DNA of 41,577 nucleotides from Octopus bimaculoides (taxonomy: Eukaryota): positions 42,854,823 through 42,896,399 of the forward strand of contig NC_068995.1 in the NCBI RefSeq assembly GCF_001194135.2, in the 5' to 3' direction. The number at the start of each line of letters is the position of its first letter. The stretch's first letter is position 1. A program made the translations under genes and the position numbers. Shown here in pieces: positions 1 through 10,866 of this stretch. A model generated the notes under the pieces. The model was not told where the DNA came from and ran no database searches. It saw only the letters and a list, made by a program, of their open reading frames with translations.

Positions 1-641
1 TTTTAATGTAAAATGAAATTATTATTAGATTGTCCAGCTGTTATACCAATATGAAGAGCTTACAATAAAATTTCACCAGAGACAGATTAGCAAAATTTAG
101 AAAGGTGGAGGATTTGAATAAAAGCGGGTGGTGGGGAGGATACAATTTTAAAAATCAATAAGGAGAAAGGGACAACAGCAGGGGGAATCTGAAGAATTAA
201 TAAGCGGGGGGGGGGGATAAAAGCGGGGTGCTGATGGAAAGGAAAAATCTGAAAAATTAATAAGCGATGTTGGGGCCGTTATTCAAGACACCCCAGGGTA
301 CACGTTCATAACCATATACACTTTTCTGGGATTTACGGTTTTGTAATGTTTGATGTTATGAGCTTCTCTTTCTCTTTCTCTTTTTGCCTTTCTCTCTTTG
401 TCTATCTTTTTCCCTCTCTTTCACAAACACATACACACGCACATATTCTCTTAAGCACACACACACTCACACACACACACATACACATACACATACACAC
501 AAATAAAATTCTCCCTAAACATGAAGTGGCAGGCGAAAGTAATAAAGCAAGAAAGCAGGTGTTTATAAACTTAAATTTATTTTCTCCGTACTTAGAGTTT
601 GGTTTTAACTGTTTTATATTCTGAAGTAAAATGGATTTTAT

Positions 642-683
<42 letters not shown>

Positions 684-759
684 CTCTCTCTCTTTCTTTC
701 TATATACATACATACATATATACATACATATATATAAAGTATAATTATAAAGTGTATAT

Positions 760-1373
760 NNNNNNNNNNNNNNNNNNNNNNNNNNNNNNNNNNNNNNNNN
801 NNNNNNNNNNNNNNNNNNNNNNNNNNNNNNNNNNNNNNNNNNNNNNNNNNNNNNNNNNNNNNNNNNNNNNNNNNNNNNNNNNNNNNNNNNNNNNNNNNNN
901 NNNNNNNNNNNNNNNNNNNNNNNNNNNNNNNNNNNNNNNNNNNNNNNNNNNNNNNNNNNNNNNNNNNNNNNNNNNNNNNNNNNNNNNNNNNNNNNNNNNN
1001 NNNNNNNNNNNNNNNNNNNNNNNNNNNNNNNNNNNNNNNNNNNNNNNNNNNNNNNNNNNNNNNNNNNNNNNNNNNNNNNNNNNNNNNNNNNNNNNNNNNN
1101 NNNNNNNNNNNNNNNNNNNNNNNNNNNNNNNNNNNNNNNNNNNNNNNNNNNNNNNNNNNNNNNNNNNNNNNNNNNNNNNNNNNNNNNNNNNNNNNNNNNN
1201 NNNNNNNNNNNNNNNNNNNNNNNNNNNNNNNNNNNNNNNNNNNNNNNNNNNNNNNNNNNNNNNNNNNNNNNNNNNNNNNNNNNNNNNNNNNNNNNNNNNN
1301 NNNNNNNNNNNNNNNNNNNNNNNNNNNNNNNNNNNNNNNNNNNNNNNNNNNNNNNNNNNNNNNNNNNNNNNNN
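760..1373. other. Assembly gap (others at 5739-6418, 6901-7375, 25163-25405, 26223-27132, 29147-29648, 30731-31600)
   Basis: Runs of N, mostly bordered by microsatellites. Confidence 0.99.
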
Positions 1374-1605
1374 TATGTATGTATATTTCATAATCCACAC
1401 TTGTTGAAAGCAGGCATATAGATATTCATAAATTATTCAGGGAGTTTAAGAATGATCAATTTCTAGTCTAGTTAAATTAATAACTTTCCGTTCATTAGCT
1501 AAACATACTGAGCGAAATAAATGAAATATTTATAATATACACGCAATGTATATATATATTTATATATATATATAATTTTGAAACCAATAATTATGCTTTA
1601 CTGCA

Positions 1606-1816
1606 AGACTGAGAACAGGCAGAATCGTTTGCACACACAATTAAATTCTTAGCGGCATTTCGGCTGTCTTTACGTTGTGAGTTCAGATTCCGCTGTGGTC
1701 GCCTTTTCATTTCAGACTCAATAAAATAAGCACCAGATGTGCAATGGGATCGATATAATCGATTAACTCCATCCTCACCAAATATTTCGGGACTCGTGCC
1801 AATAGTAGAAATGATT
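1606..1816 (+). mobile_element. SINE family A copy (degenerate)
   Basis: tRNA-like head GGCAGAATCGTT..GTGAGTTCAGATT; core TTTCATTTC..ATAAAATAAGCACCAG; tail GTAGAAATGATT. Confidence 0.8.
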
Positions 1817-1931
1817 GAGTATGCTTCACTTTAGGTTCCATGCGAAAGAAACTTGGCAAAATTATTTGTAAAAGAATTTGGTCACATTTTATTATTGATC
1901 AACTTCTATTATATTGATTTCATTAATATTG

Positions 1932-2243
1932 TGTTCCGTAGCATCAATTTAGTGCAACAGTCATGAAATATTGCAGAGTTGTAAAACCGTTCAATTATGT
2001 TTAGAAGCAATTTCGCGACACCTTGTGCAAGCCCCGGGCCGATAGAAACATTGTGAATGGATTTGGTAAAGGAAAACACTGTGTGGCGGCAATAATGCTG
2101 TTCCGTAGAATCATTTTAGTACAACTGTCATGAAATATTTTAGTGTTGTAAAACCGTACAATTATGATTAGAAGCAATTTCATGACACCATAGGCAAGCC
2201 CCGGGTCGATAAAAGCATTGTGAATGGATTTGGTAGAGGAAAA
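1932..2243 (+). repeat. Degenerate tandem duplication, period 167 bp
   Basis: TGTTCCGTAG..GTCATGAAATATT..TTGTAAAACCG..TTAGAAGCAATTTC..GTGAATGGATTTGGTA starts at 1932 and at 2099. Confidence 0.9.
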
Positions 2244-2470
2244 CTGAAAGAATCCTGTCGTATATCTACATATCTTGTGCACGTGTCTTTGTGTCTTTGT
2301 CCCCCACCAACGATTGGCAACCGTAACTTAGCGGTTCGGCAAAAGATATCCATAGAATAAATACCAGGCTTTAAAAAATGTACTGGGGTCGATTCATTCG
2401 ACTAAAAATTCTTCAAGGTTGCACCTCAGCATATCCGCAGTCTAATGAGTGAAACAACTAAAATGAGAAT
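2186..2470 (+). mobile_element. SINE family B copy (5'-truncated)
   Basis: GGATTTGGTAGAGGAAAACTGAAAGAA..GTAACTTAGCGGTTCGGCAAAAG..GGGGTCGATTCATTCGACTAAAA..TGAAACAA. Confidence 0.85.
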
Positions 2471-2820
2471 TATGATAGAATTATTTCATTATTGAGAGGT
2501 AATCTTTAACAATCCCTACTGCGGTAGATACCATCAGAGAAAATCTCATATTGGCTTTTGGCACAAAATGCACTCTTGTTTATGTCGCTAGCAGGGAGGT
2601 AATTCTCCGCTGCCTCAAGCGCCGAGACCATCAAATCACGTTATTTCAACTTTCCTTGGTTTCCTCAATGATGGGCACACAACCGTTTGAGATAGCAGCG
2701 ACGCCTCTCGCCACCAGCAATATATATATATAAAAAAATCAGTGCCAGAACAGGCGTTGGTGTCGCTATTAGCCAGTTAGCTCGAGAAAAAATATCTATT
2801 AGCGACAGATACAGTATTAA

Positions 2821-3094
2821 GGCGTGGCTACGTGGTAAGTAGCTTGCTTACTAACCACATGGTCCCGGGTTCAGTCCTACCACGTGGCACCTTGGGCTAG
2901 TGTCTTCTACAGATGTATCGGCGTTTGCCTTTCCCTTGAATAATAAACATTCATGGCGTGGAGAGCGGAGGCTGGTATGAATGGGCGACTGCTGGTCTTC
3001 CATAAACAACCTTACCCGTACTTGTGCGTCAGGGTGTAACTCGTAACTTTGTAGGTGCAATCCCATGGTCATTCATGACCGAAGTAGGGTCTTT
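2821..3094 (+). mobile_element. Chimeric SINE: family B head joined to family C 3' half
   Basis: 2821-2910 matches family B (GGCGTGGCTACGTGGTAAG..GGTTCAGTCC..ACCTTGGGCTAGTGTCTTCTAC). 2911-3094 matches the reverse complement of the 3' half of the family C copy at 36472-36806. Confidence 0.75.
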
Positions 3095-3711
3095 AACCTT
3101 TTTACCCTCTGTTAGAGGAAACCTTACGGTAGATACCATGAGAGATTAACCAGTGGGCTTGAGAGAAAAATCTATATTAGCGACAGAGGCAGTATTAATA
3201 CTTTGAGGTATAATTACTGCCTCTGTAGCTAGCATATAGTCCATCATTGCTAGATGTTAAAACTGTGGTGTTGTCGAGTGGAAGCCTGCAAGAACAAGAG
3301 AGTTATATAAATGTTATATAAGGCGTTATGTTGTATATTTAGAATTCAATTATATCACAAAAACATTTGACATTACTTATTTCTTTATTGTCTGTTGTTA
3401 ACATTGTGATATGATGTAAATTTATGACGTGTTTGTGTGCGCGCGTGCGCGCGCGTAACACAAAAGTCTCGAGTGAAACCTTGTCAGAATATTGATTATT
3501 GTCTTCTATATTACACTCACATACACACACAAACACCGACACACACACACACACACAAACACACGCACGTACACACACACGCACACACACACACTCACAC
3601 ATTCACACACAACATATATCAGAGAGAAGCCTAAAAAATATATATATACACTTTAATTTCTGCTAATTCACTATATTTTCATTTCTTTTCAGATTTAGCC
3701 ATTAGAAATAA

Positions 3712-3925
3712 ACCTTTCTACCATAAGCACAAGGCCTGGAATTTGGTGGGTGGGGGCAGTGGAATAGATCGACTCCAGTACGCAACTAGTACTTAATTTA
3801 TCAACTCCGAAAGGATTAAAGGCAAAGTCAACCTCGGCGAAATTTAAACTCGGAACGTAAAGACAGACGAAATACCACTAAGCGTTTCTCCCGGCATGCT
3901 AACGATTCTGCCAGCTTACCACCTC
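3712..3925 (-). mobile_element. SINE family A copy with 18-bp TSD
   Basis: Full head-core-tail; flanks TTTAGCCATTAGAAATAA (3694-3711) and TTTAGACATTAGAAATAA (3926-3943). Confidence 0.88.
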
Positions 3926-4348
3926 TTTAGACATTAGAAATAACGACAGGAGCCAGATTAAACTTTGAACAAAAGAAATATATATTTGAAAGTGTTTCTG
4001 GAAGGGTGAAAACGCAAGGTTCAAAATCTGTTTATGGGAGAGTTTGAAATAGATCCACCTATGCGACTTAACGTGGATTTGCAGTAAGTGTGAAACCGAT
4101 GAAACTGTTAAGAATACCCACAAGAAATGATCCGGAAAACCACAGTCATCGACGGGGCCCACAAAGTAAGAAAATGTACTAAACATGCACGTTGCGGGAA
4201 GAGGATCGTAATGATTGGAGTTTCGTAATAAAACGTTCAGTGCATTTTGAAGCAGTATCATTAAAAGTGTTTCATTACAAGAATTGTCCGTGGACGAAGT
4301 GCAAGTGGTACTTGGTAAGATGTGTAGAAAATGCACACTTTACAGGTG

Positions 4349-4515
4349 CAGGCATGGCTGTGTGTTAAGACGTTTGTTTACTAACCACATGTCTCCGGGT
4401 TCAGTCCCACTGTGTGGCACTTTGGGCAACCAAAGACTTGTGAGTAGATTTGGTAGACAGAAACAGAAAGAAGTTCATCGTGTGAGTGTGTGTATGTATG
4501 TATGTATGTCGCGTG

Positions 4516-4551
<36 letters not shown>

Positions 4552-4770
4552 CGCGTGTGTGTTCTCACCACTTCTTGACAACCGGTGTTGGTATGTTTAC
4601 GTCCCTGTAATTTAGTTGTTCGATGAAAGAAACCGATAGAATAAGTACCAGGCTTTAAAAAAAAGGAAAAAAAAACGTACTGGGATCGATTCATTCGACT
4701 AAAAGTTCTTGAAGGCAGTAATCCAACATGGCTGCAGTGTAATGACTGAAACTAGTAAACAATGAAAGAT
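4349..4770 (+). mobile_element. SINE family B copy, full-length with an internal (TG/TA)n tract
   Basis: Head CAGGCATGGCTGTGTGTTAAG..GGTTCAGTCCCACTG; 3' half GATAGAATAAGTACCAGGCTT..AATGACTGAAAC. Confidence 0.88.
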
Positions 4771-5431
4771 TTCCCCAAAAGAAATTGTGTTGGCTTTCGA
4801 GGTTACATTTAACTCAAATTAGCCACCACGACCCCCACCCCACCCCACCCCACAATCGGAGAGTCGAAAATCCGCATATTGTGAAGGAACATCATGTGAA
4901 TATACCACGAGTTATAGTATAGAGCATCTTATTCTCAAAAAGCTTAATTGGTCGAAGCTGAGTGGCGTTCGATTATGAATGAATAAAATGGAAAATACAC
5001 ATTGTGTACAGGACATCACCAACGAGTGAAAAATACACTCACACTCACACTCACTCACACACACACACACACACACACATGTCTACAGAGAGAGCCAGAG
5101 GGAAACTGATGGATAAATGGATACATACATACACTTATCCAGTAATTATACAAGCGTATATATGTAACTCTGTCACAATACTGAAATCTTTAGTCTTCCG
5201 TCTAAAAAAAAAAACTCCTACTCATTGAAACACTCGACGAGAATTAGATGTTGATTTGAAGCCATAGTTTTGTGTAAAGCTGACACAGAAATCCAAGAAC
5301 TTAAACGACCTTTCGTTTCTTCTCAGAAAAAAAGACCTCTTCAATGAACCGTAACCAGTGCATTAATTCACGACAAGGCAATGATTTCAATGTTTCTATC
5401 AGCCCTATGTCAAATTTTGTCATGAAATCAT

Positions 5432-5433
<2 letters not shown>

Positions 5434-5487
<54 letters not shown>

Positions 5488-5532
5488 TTATTATTATTAG
5501 TTTTTATTATTATTAGTTTTTATTATTATTAG

Positions 5533-5582
<50 letters not shown>

Positions 5583-5611
5583 TTATTATTATTAGTTATT
5601 ATTATTATTAC

Positions 5612-5643
<32 letters not shown>

Positions 5644-5657
5644 GTTTTTATTATTAC

Positions 5658-5709
<52 letters not shown>

Positions 5710-5738
5710 TTATTATTATTAGTTTTTATTATTATTAT
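5434..5738 (+). repeat. (ATT)n microsatellite with AGTTTT interruptions, runs into a gap
   Basis: Direct inspection. Confidence 0.97.
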
Positions 5739-6553
5739 NNNNNNNNNNNNNNNNNNNNNNNNNNNNNNNNNNNNNNNNNNNNNNNNNNNNNNNNNNNNNN
5801 NNNNNNNNNNNNNNNNNNNNNNNNNNNNNNNNNNNNNNNNNNNNNNNNNNNNNNNNNNNNNNNNNNNNNNNNNNNNNNNNNNNNNNNNNNNNNNNNNNNN
5901 NNNNNNNNNNNNNNNNNNNNNNNNNNNNNNNNNNNNNNNNNNNNNNNNNNNNNNNNNNNNNNNNNNNNNNNNNNNNNNNNNNNNNNNNNNNNNNNNNNNN
6001 NNNNNNNNNNNNNNNNNNNNNNNNNNNNNNNNNNNNNNNNNNNNNNNNNNNNNNNNNNNNNNNNNNNNNNNNNNNNNNNNNNNNNNNNNNNNNNNNNNNN
6101 NNNNNNNNNNNNNNNNNNNNNNNNNNNNNNNNNNNNNNNNNNNNNNNNNNNNNNNNNNNNNNNNNNNNNNNNNNNNNNNNNNNNNNNNNNNNNNNNNNNN
6201 NNNNNNNNNNNNNNNNNNNNNNNNNNNNNNNNNNNNNNNNNNNNNNNNNNNNNNNNNNNNNNNNNNNNNNNNNNNNNNNNNNNNNNNNNNNNNNNNNNNN
6301 NNNNNNNNNNNNNNNNNNNNNNNNNNNNNNNNNNNNNNNNNNNNNNNNNNNNNNNNNNNNNNNNNNNNNNNNNNNNNNNNNNNNNNNNNNNNNNNNNNNN
6401 NNNNNNNNNNNNNNNNNNATGCTATTAAATAGGAGAGCATACACCACTATTTGAAAGAACACAAAAGCTTTTATATTCTCTTTTCATTCATTTCATGACG
6501 TGTCAAAATTTTCGTCGCGCCGCTGCTTCCTGATCAATGACTTAATTTCCTTT

Positions 6554-6900
6554 TACTCTTTTATTTGTTTCAGTCATTTGACTGCGGCCATGCTGGAGCA
6601 CTGCCTTTAGTCGATCAAATCTACCCCAGGACTTATTCTTTGTAAGCCTAGTACTTATTCTATCGGTCTCTTTTGCCGAACCGCTAGGTTACGAGGACGT
6701 AAACACACCAGCATCGGTTGTCAAGCGACGTTGGGGGCACAAACACAGACACACAAACACACACATATATATACATATACGTATATACGACGGGCTTCTT
6801 TCAGTTTCCGTCTACCAAATCCACTCACAAGGCTTTGGTCGTCCCGAGGCTATAGGAGAAGACACTTGCCCAAGGTGCCATGCAGTGGGACTGAACCCGG
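6554..6900 (-). mobile_element. SINE family B copy (young; head runs into the gap)
   Basis: Near-consensus reverse complement ending at GGACTGAACCCGG next to the Ns. Confidence 0.9.
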
Positions 6901-7375
6901 NNNNNNNNNNNNNNNNNNNNNNNNNNNNNNNNNNNNNNNNNNNNNNNNNNNNNNNNNNNNNNNNNNNNNNNNNNNNNNNNNNNNNNNNNNNNNNNNNNNN
7001 NNNNNNNNNNNNNNNNNNNNNNNNNNNNNNNNNNNNNNNNNNNNNNNNNNNNNNNNNNNNNNNNNNNNNNNNNNNNNNNNNNNNNNNNNNNNNNNNNNNN
7101 NNNNNNNNNNNNNNNNNNNNNNNNNNNNNNNNNNNNNNNNNNNNNNNNNNNNNNNNNNNNNNNNNNNNNNNNNNNNNNNNNNNNNNNNNNNNNNNNNNNN
7201 NNNNNNNNNNNNNNNNNNNNNNNNNNNNNNNNNNNNNNNNNNNNNNNNNNNNNNNNNNNNNNNNNNNNNNNNNNNNNNNNNNNNNNNNNNNNNNNNNNNN
7301 NNNNNNNNNNNNNNNNNNNNNNNNNNNNNNNNNNNNNNNNNNNNNNNNNNNNNNNNNNNNNNNNNNNNNNNNNNN

Positions 7376-7616
7376 ATATATATGTATGTATGTGTGTGTA
7401 TATGCTTGTGTGTCTGTGTTTATCCTCCCAACATCGCTTGACACTCGATGCTGGTGTGTTTACGTCCCCGTAACCTAGCGGTTCGGCTAAAGAGACCGAT
7501 AGAATAAGTACTAGGCTTACAAAGAATAAGTCCTGGTGTCGATTTGCTCGACTAAAGGCGGTGATCCAGCATGGCCACAGTCAAACGACTGAAACAAGTA
7601 AAAGAGTAAAAGAGTA
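7376..7616 (+). mobile_element. SINE family B 3' half (5' half presumably in the gap)
   Basis: About 90% identical by eye to the inverted copy at 6554-6753; tail TAAAAGAGTAAAAGAG. Confidence 0.9.
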
Positions 7617-8455
7617 AATAAAATATTTTAGAATATATATTTCTGAAGAAACATTCCAGTTATATCGTAGCAACTTTTGAAATAGAGTTGTTATGGATTA
7701 AAACATTAAGATAATCAAATTCCGAACATGGTACAGTGACGGTAAGTATGATAATGTTATGTTTGTAGATGGTGAACGCAATAAATTTATCACCTAACGA
7801 ATGTGAGCGTTTCCTCTGAGAAGCAACAACTTAAGATTGAACTCATAGAAAAGAACTGAAGATCCATCAAATTGATGTGCTATAAATTCTATCATTACGA
7901 TAGTAACAGGCGTGAAAATAGTTGTAAAAAGTGTGCCATAAACCCACATATCAATTTGGAAATAAGAAAGAATATTGTATACGATACCAGATAGAAATAT
8001 GGGAAAGCCTCTTTGAAATTTGCATTACCTCTCGGCAGCTCTGAGCGCTACTAATATATTCAGAGAACCGAAGCAAGAATGCTGAATAGAATCCTACTTC
8101 CACATTTTTCCAGCATGTACTAACTAAACTCATGCTTCAATTAATAAACTTAGTGTACGTGTTACGTTTTGTTAATGTGTTACATTGTTATGATACTACG
8201 CTAAGACGGGTCAGTAAATCTTTTTCTAGAGCAGAGTTCATACTCAGTCCCAACCCTATGTCCAAATAGGGTAATACAAATTATACCATACTCAAGATGT
8301 TCACATTTTCCTGTTTCTCCTTTAATCAGTTTTAAATACATGTCTGTGTGTATATGTGTACGTGGGCATATATATTCAAACACACACATACACACACACA
8401 TACATGATTGCGATTTCATCACCGGTCTTATTTCTAAATCAATATTTAGCCCTAA

Positions 8456-8650
8456 TGGGAGAATCGTTAGTACATTAGGCAAAAGGCTTAGCGGCACTTC
8501 GTCCGTCTGTATGTTCCGGGTTCAAATGCTGCCGGGGTCGACTTTGCCTTTCATCCTGTCGAGATCGATAAAATAAGTACCAGTTGAGCACTGCGGTTGA
8601 TACTTACTCCTCCCACGAAGTTGCTGGCTTTGTGCCAAAATTTAAAATTA
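8456..8650 (+). mobile_element. SINE family A copy
   Basis: GAATCGTTAG..CTTAGCGG..GGTTCAAAT..GACTTTGCCTTTCATCC..GATAAAATAAGTACCAG..GTGCCAAAATTT. Confidence 0.87.
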
Positions 8651-9919
8651 TATTTACCCCACCAATTGCTTCAAACCACATCATCAAAATAATTAAATCT
8701 TTTCACTCTGAATCCAGTCTTTATAGATTCGTACAATAAGAAAATATACCCAAAATACCTGATATATGCACATAGCGAACGACGTAAGCATATTTTCAGT
8801 CAGCCATTATGGTAAAAGTGGATAAAAAGATAAAAAGACAAAGAAGAATAACAATAACGATACAAGTTTATAAACAGACATAAGAATAGATCATAGAAAT
8901 TACTTATGGTGTCAAAAGGTCAAAACTGTCCACACAACAGACGCGCACGTCTGAAAGTAACAAAAGAGACACTACATAAAAACCATCAGTTATAGTTGCA
9001 GTGGGTGTTTGTCCGTGACCAAGTTACAACAGTGTGGCGAAAATATTGGTATGTCACTAAATAAATGGAAAAGAAATTTAACACGTGTGTTGTAAATAAA
9101 TACAAACCTATGATTTGATGGCTGAGACAAAATTTTTGATTCAAAGCTGAACGTAAAAGACTCAACTGTATTATTCGGTCTCTAATTCTTTCGGATTTCC
9201 TTAAAGTCCATCTAAAGCGTATTAACATTTTCCACCTTCTGAAATTTCTTGTTTTACTTAGTTTCTGTCAGATTATTTTCTGCGATAATTGTGTAGAAGT
9301 CGAATGGTTATGTGAATATAGTATTAGATTATATGCGATAAGTGTTCATACTGCCAGTAAGTGTTCAGTTGCTTCTCAGAGATATACAGGCATTAAAACA
9401 TTTTAAGATATTTACTTGAGAGAGATTAATACACTTTATCAAAATATCTACCTCGGTCTTTTAATGCACCTTATATCTAAATATCGCAACCGGTGTTTGT
9501 TTAAAGTATTAACTATTTATATTTGATCTGTGAAATAAATTGACTTGTAGAAATAAATTCATTTAGAGAAGAAAACTTTCGGAATTAGAGACATTGCTTG
9601 GCTGAAGATGTTCCATTTAAGATATTATCCAAGACAGGCAGAGATACAAATAAAATCACAAATTATGTCTTGGATGTATATCCCGAACATGTATTTATAT
9701 AAACATAGCAATAACTTTGCTAAGGATAAAATCAAGTGTGCAACTGGGATGTTTCTAAAAAAGAAACATCACTGACTGGCCGTATGGTATCAAACCTGTC
9801 TACTTTAGACGGGGCGTTTAGTGCCGATCGACCCCCAGAAAATATGTATTTTAACTCTACTGCCCAACGCTAGATACAATTAATGAAGCGTTAGTTTCTA
9901 ATTCAAGAAGAAGGACAAT

Positions 9920-10098
9920 CAGTCGGAGAGGTGGATTGAGTTGATACCATCGATCCCACGACTTCAGTTGTTCTTTATTTAATAGCCCCCGCAAGGATAA
10001 AAGCATAATTGACCTCGGCGAGATTTGAACTAAGAACATGTAATACCGGAATGAATAATGCGAGGAAAATTCTCTGATGCTCTAACGATTCTGCCCTC
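9920..10098 (-). mobile_element. SINE family A copy (degenerate)
   Basis: GACCTCGGCGAGATTTGAACT..CTAACGATTCTGCC on the plus strand. Confidence 0.7.
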
Positions 10099-10224
10099 CT
10101 CAACAATAGCAAAATCTATAATTGGAGGTTTATTAACGAGTCATCACAGCAACAGAGTTATACTGTTCTGTGTGTGCACTGTCTGTCTTGGGAGAATGGA
10201 AAGAAAGACTGACAATGTAAAAGA

Positions 10225-10238
10225 AGTACGACAGAGAG

Positions 10239-10283
<45 letters not shown>

Positions 10284-10296
10284 AAGAGAGAGAGAG
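10225..10296 (+). repeat. (GA)n microsatellite
   Basis: Direct inspection. Confidence 0.93.
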
Positions 10297-10650
10297 AAAC
10301 ACAGATGACGAGAAATTATGAGGAAGAGAAAAAAGTAAACGGAAATAGTAGTGATTGTCAGAATAATTTAAGAGACCAAAACAGTATGAATATATATAGA
10401 CATAAATGTATAAAAGGATCAGATGAATATAAATAACTGCAAAGGTAGAATGAGGATCGAAGAGAGAAAGGTAAGGCGAAGCCCAACTTTTTAATGAGAA
10501 GAAAGTGAAAGAAAAAAACACAAAAAAACAAACTTAGAGAATACGAGGAAAGGCAAGAGAGAAAAGGTTTTCGCTGTTATTGATTATAAGAAAAACATAG
10601 CATTAATCCTGCATTGTACATTTTGTAGAATATCTTGGTGAACTGATGTA

Positions 10651-10866
10651 CGAGGGGATACAGAAAAGTTCCTGACTTTGAGTAAAAGAAAATGCAGGAG
10701 GATCAGTTAATTATGATTTTAATCAGCATATTCTCCTCTCAGACTCACACAGTTATTGCAGTGATGCGTCAGTTATTCTAAGCTTTTTAAAAGATCTCGG
10801 AAGTTTGGAACTCCAACCAGGCCTTTCGAGACATCCTTAAAATCAGAAATATTTCAACATCCTCTC
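10651..10866. mobile_element. Mariner-type MITE, about 216 bp
   Basis: TA at 10649-10650 and 10867-10868. Left end CGAGGGGATACAGAAAAGTTCCTG; right end CAGAAATATTTCAACATCCTCTC is a degenerate inverted copy. No ORF. Confidence 0.62.

Noticed and set aside
3899-4336. 145-aa minus-strand ORF
   Set aside because: No recognisable domain, it runs into a SINE, and it has no convincing splice context.
8904-8950. Minus-strand exon candidate (VRVCCVDSFDLLTP*)
   Set aside because: Good acceptor, but all frames stop and there is no link to the other candidates. It could be UTR but is unsupported.
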